Assembly (NCBI RefSeq): GCF_000002075.1 | Contig: NW_004797927.1 | Location: forward strand, 325,889 to 389,888 | Reading direction: 5' to 3' | Source: Aplysia californica | Lineage: Eukaryota | Length of the DNA: 64,000 nt | Shown here: positions 61,576 through 64,000 of the stretch, in pieces | Layout of the letters: every line of letters begins with the position of its first letter | How positions within the stretch are numbered: the first letter of the stretch is position 1 | Notes under the pieces: generated by a model | Databases searched by the model: none | The model's input: only the letters and a program-made list of their open reading frames with translations | What the model was told of the DNA's origin: nothing | Program-made: the position numbers and the translations under genes

Positions 61576-61935
61576 TCGTTCTTTCACCTTCTGCCTGTCT
61601 CTTCTTTCTTTGTGATACACACTCGTCATCATTCTCAAGTGCTGTCGAGTCTACAAGTTTGTGTTGTGTTCATTCGCTATATATATATATATATCGCAGC
61701 ATATGTCATGTATGATGATACTCAGTTTTCCCTATTTGGAAGGTTTTGGCATGTATTGCAATGTAAGTCTCTCTATCATACTATTATTACTATATATGTA
61801 TATGATAAATGCATGCTGTGCGTGAAAACATGGCGCCTGTGTCAGTATTGCAAGCACTGATCAGTGGCCGATAAACTAAACTAAAACGACGGGGATGGTC
61901 ATGACGCCATAGTTCAATGAAAGAAAAAGTTGAGA

Positions 61936-62043
61936 GGGGGGAAATATATCATCATTTATAGAGTTAGAGTTCGGGGGGAATATATCATCATTTATAGAGT
62001 TAGAGTTCGGGGGAATATATCATCATTTATAGAGTTAGAGTTC
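61936..62043. repeat. ~36-bp tandem repeat x3
   Basis: Unit gggggaatatatcatcatttatagagttagagttc. Confidence 0.9.
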
Positions 62044-62740
62044 AACTCATCATTGTGCTCACATTCCCTTGGTACCGGGTATGCTGTACAGAAGTAGTTT
62101 CTCAGGACAGAGTAGGCCTGCACATTCACTACATGTGTCCAAATTTTCTCTCTGGTCAGTGGATCTTTTTGGCTGTCCGGGGAAGCACAGAATATATCCT
62201 AATACTCATAAGAAAAATGCTTCAAGTCACTTTTAATCATGTTGAGAAAATGAGAGAAAACTGTTACTTTCAGATAACTGACTCTCTGAAACGCTTGAAA
62301 TTTGATACACTCAACTGATTTTATATTTGGAATTTGTTTGAGTAAAGAGAAGCATATTTATTTACACGATGATGGTCGTTTAGTGGCGGCTCATCCAACA
62401 CGGGACAAGTTTGTTACAATTCTTGCTCTCTTGTCTGGTACTTTTCTTTAACTTTGTTGGCCTTCATGCTACAATTGTGTCATCAAAATAAATGTTAAGA
62501 GGCGAATCGTATTAGTCAATGAAGGGTACAACGTTAATGTCCACTCTGCCCGCCTCTCGGCGTACTTTGGTCTGTCTGTGGCTCATGGAGGATGAAAGGA
62601 GAGAAATAAACATCCTGATCACTTCTTCTCAGCTTGTGTTGTTTTCTTCTTCATGTGGTGTCGTCACTTGGGGCAGGAGGTGGGAGGGGGGGTGATTGTT
62701 TTATTTCAGGGCGGCGACCTGGTAGTGAGGTAGTGGCGTT

Positions 62741-62836
62741 GGTGGTCTAGTGGTTAGGCTACCGGACTCGCAATCGTGAGTTTGTCGGTGGTCTAGTGGT
62801 TATGCTACCGGACTCGTAATCGTGAGGTTGTCAGCG
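62741..62836 (+). mobile_element. Tandemly duplicated 5' half of a tRNA-derived SINE head
   Basis: GGTGGTCTAGTGGTTA(G/T)GCTACCGGACTCG(C/T)AATCGTGAG x2; A-box present, no B-box. Confidence 0.55.
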
Positions 62837-62903
62837 AAAGATCTTGTCAGTTTGTTAGTGTTTTAGTGCCTATAAATTTTAATGGCTGCTTGCTTTATAA
62901 TCT

Positions 62904-63030
62904 TCCCAGGAAGTTGAGGTTGTTTCAGAATGCTCTCAGGTCTGCTGGGGTAATAGTATAGATTGTGAAGCGCATAGAGCTTGCTGTTGAGCGGGGATTT
63001 GCGCTATACAAATGCTATCTATTGTTATTA
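62904..63030 (+). mobile_element. L2/CR1-type retroposon 3' end
   Basis: Homologous to 53245-53372. Confidence 0.6.
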
Positions 63031-63535
63031 NNNNNNNNNNNNNNNNNNNNNNNNNNNNNNNNNNNNNNNNNNNNNNNNNNNNNNNNNNNNNNNNNNNNNN
63101 NNNNNNNNNNNNNNNNNNNNNNNNNNNNNNNNNNNNNNNNNNNNNNNNNNNNNNNNNNNNNNNNNNNNNNNNNNNNNNNNNNNNNNNNNNNNNNNNCACA
63201 GTGGAGCATTGCTTGTGGTCCAAACAGCAGGAGAGAAAGCTATGTCAGAATCAACACACGTAATGTACATGTACATGTTGGGATTTGCACTACAACAACA
63301 AAAAAAAAAGAAACTACAGAGAAATGTGTAAAGTTAATTCATGGTTTGGGGATTCAGTAGTGAAAATTATTTGATTATTTGATCCTTTTGTACGCATATT
63401 GACACAATTTAGACCATTCAGAAGGAAGGCAGCTTTTCTTCTTGCCTGTTTGAGCCCACCCACGCAGAGTGATATTATATATATAATATATATATATATA
63501 TATAATAGTATACAGCCTCCCAGCTGACAGATGGA

Positions 63536-63713
63536 GTGGGTGGTTGGCGGGTGCTCTGGTGTGGTTTTTCTCCTTCTTTCCTATCAAACATCTATCATCT
63601 TTATCTCCTCTCCTTCTTTTTTGTGTTTGTTACTCTCTTGTGACACCTCTAATCTTCAGCACTTATATGACCTTATTGTGTTGCAAGTGCCGTAAAACTC
63701 TCACTAAAACTAA
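63536..63713 (+). mobile_element. Family A retroposon
   Basis: Consensus match; imperfect flanking repeat GACAGATRGA. Confidence 0.88.
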
Positions 63714-64000
63714 GAAGACAGATAGAGAGATAGATATTACATGTTAGCAGGCAGAGATGGAAAGACAGAACTGCACACACTCCAGCAACGACTGAGAAAG
63801 AAACTTTCCTCTCTATGTGGGAATCAACTCTCACCTACTGTAGAATGCATCACGAAAAGTTGAATATTTTAGGGACCTTCCTTATGGGGGGGGGGGGGGT
63901 CGCTTTTGCTGATACCACTGGTCAACACACAGTTTGCGGCATGAGATTTAAGACTTGTTTCAAGCTAATTTGAGATAGCTGATTCTAAAAATGGCATTAG

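Noticed and set aside
62741-62836. tRNA gene
   Set aside because: A-box and anticodon-arm-like part only, duplicated; no T-arm/B-box or acceptor stem.

Overview
Repeat-rich eukaryotic (animal) genomic DNA with N-gaps. A mollusc, possibly a gastropod, is my guess from SINE content and gene style (inference). Three spliced protein-coding genes can be reconstructed by hand. (1) The last four coding exons of an SLC16/monocarboxylate transporter (+, 182-4609). (2) A complete NME7 (nucleoside diphosphate kinase 7; -, 10 coding exons, 25700-36029, 380 aa). (3) An AP-1 sigma subunit gene (AP1S; +, from 36434), head-to-head with NME7 across about 400 bp. The most notable feature is that AP1S appears to carry three mutually exclusive, homologous terminal coding exons (44490, 50949, 57856), giving tails DEAIESALRDNGLY, EETPQGFFEDHGLG and ESEEPRGILEDFGFMVGS. 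The rest is introns, UTRs and intergenic DNA. It contains about 14 copies of a ~180-bp retroposon with a hairpin tail and no recognisable tRNA head, two Meta-type tRNA-SINEs, several MITE families, a ~4-kb 21-bp satellite, and many minisatellites, several seeded directly at splice sites or a stop codon. Most ORFs in the supplied track are repeat artefacts.
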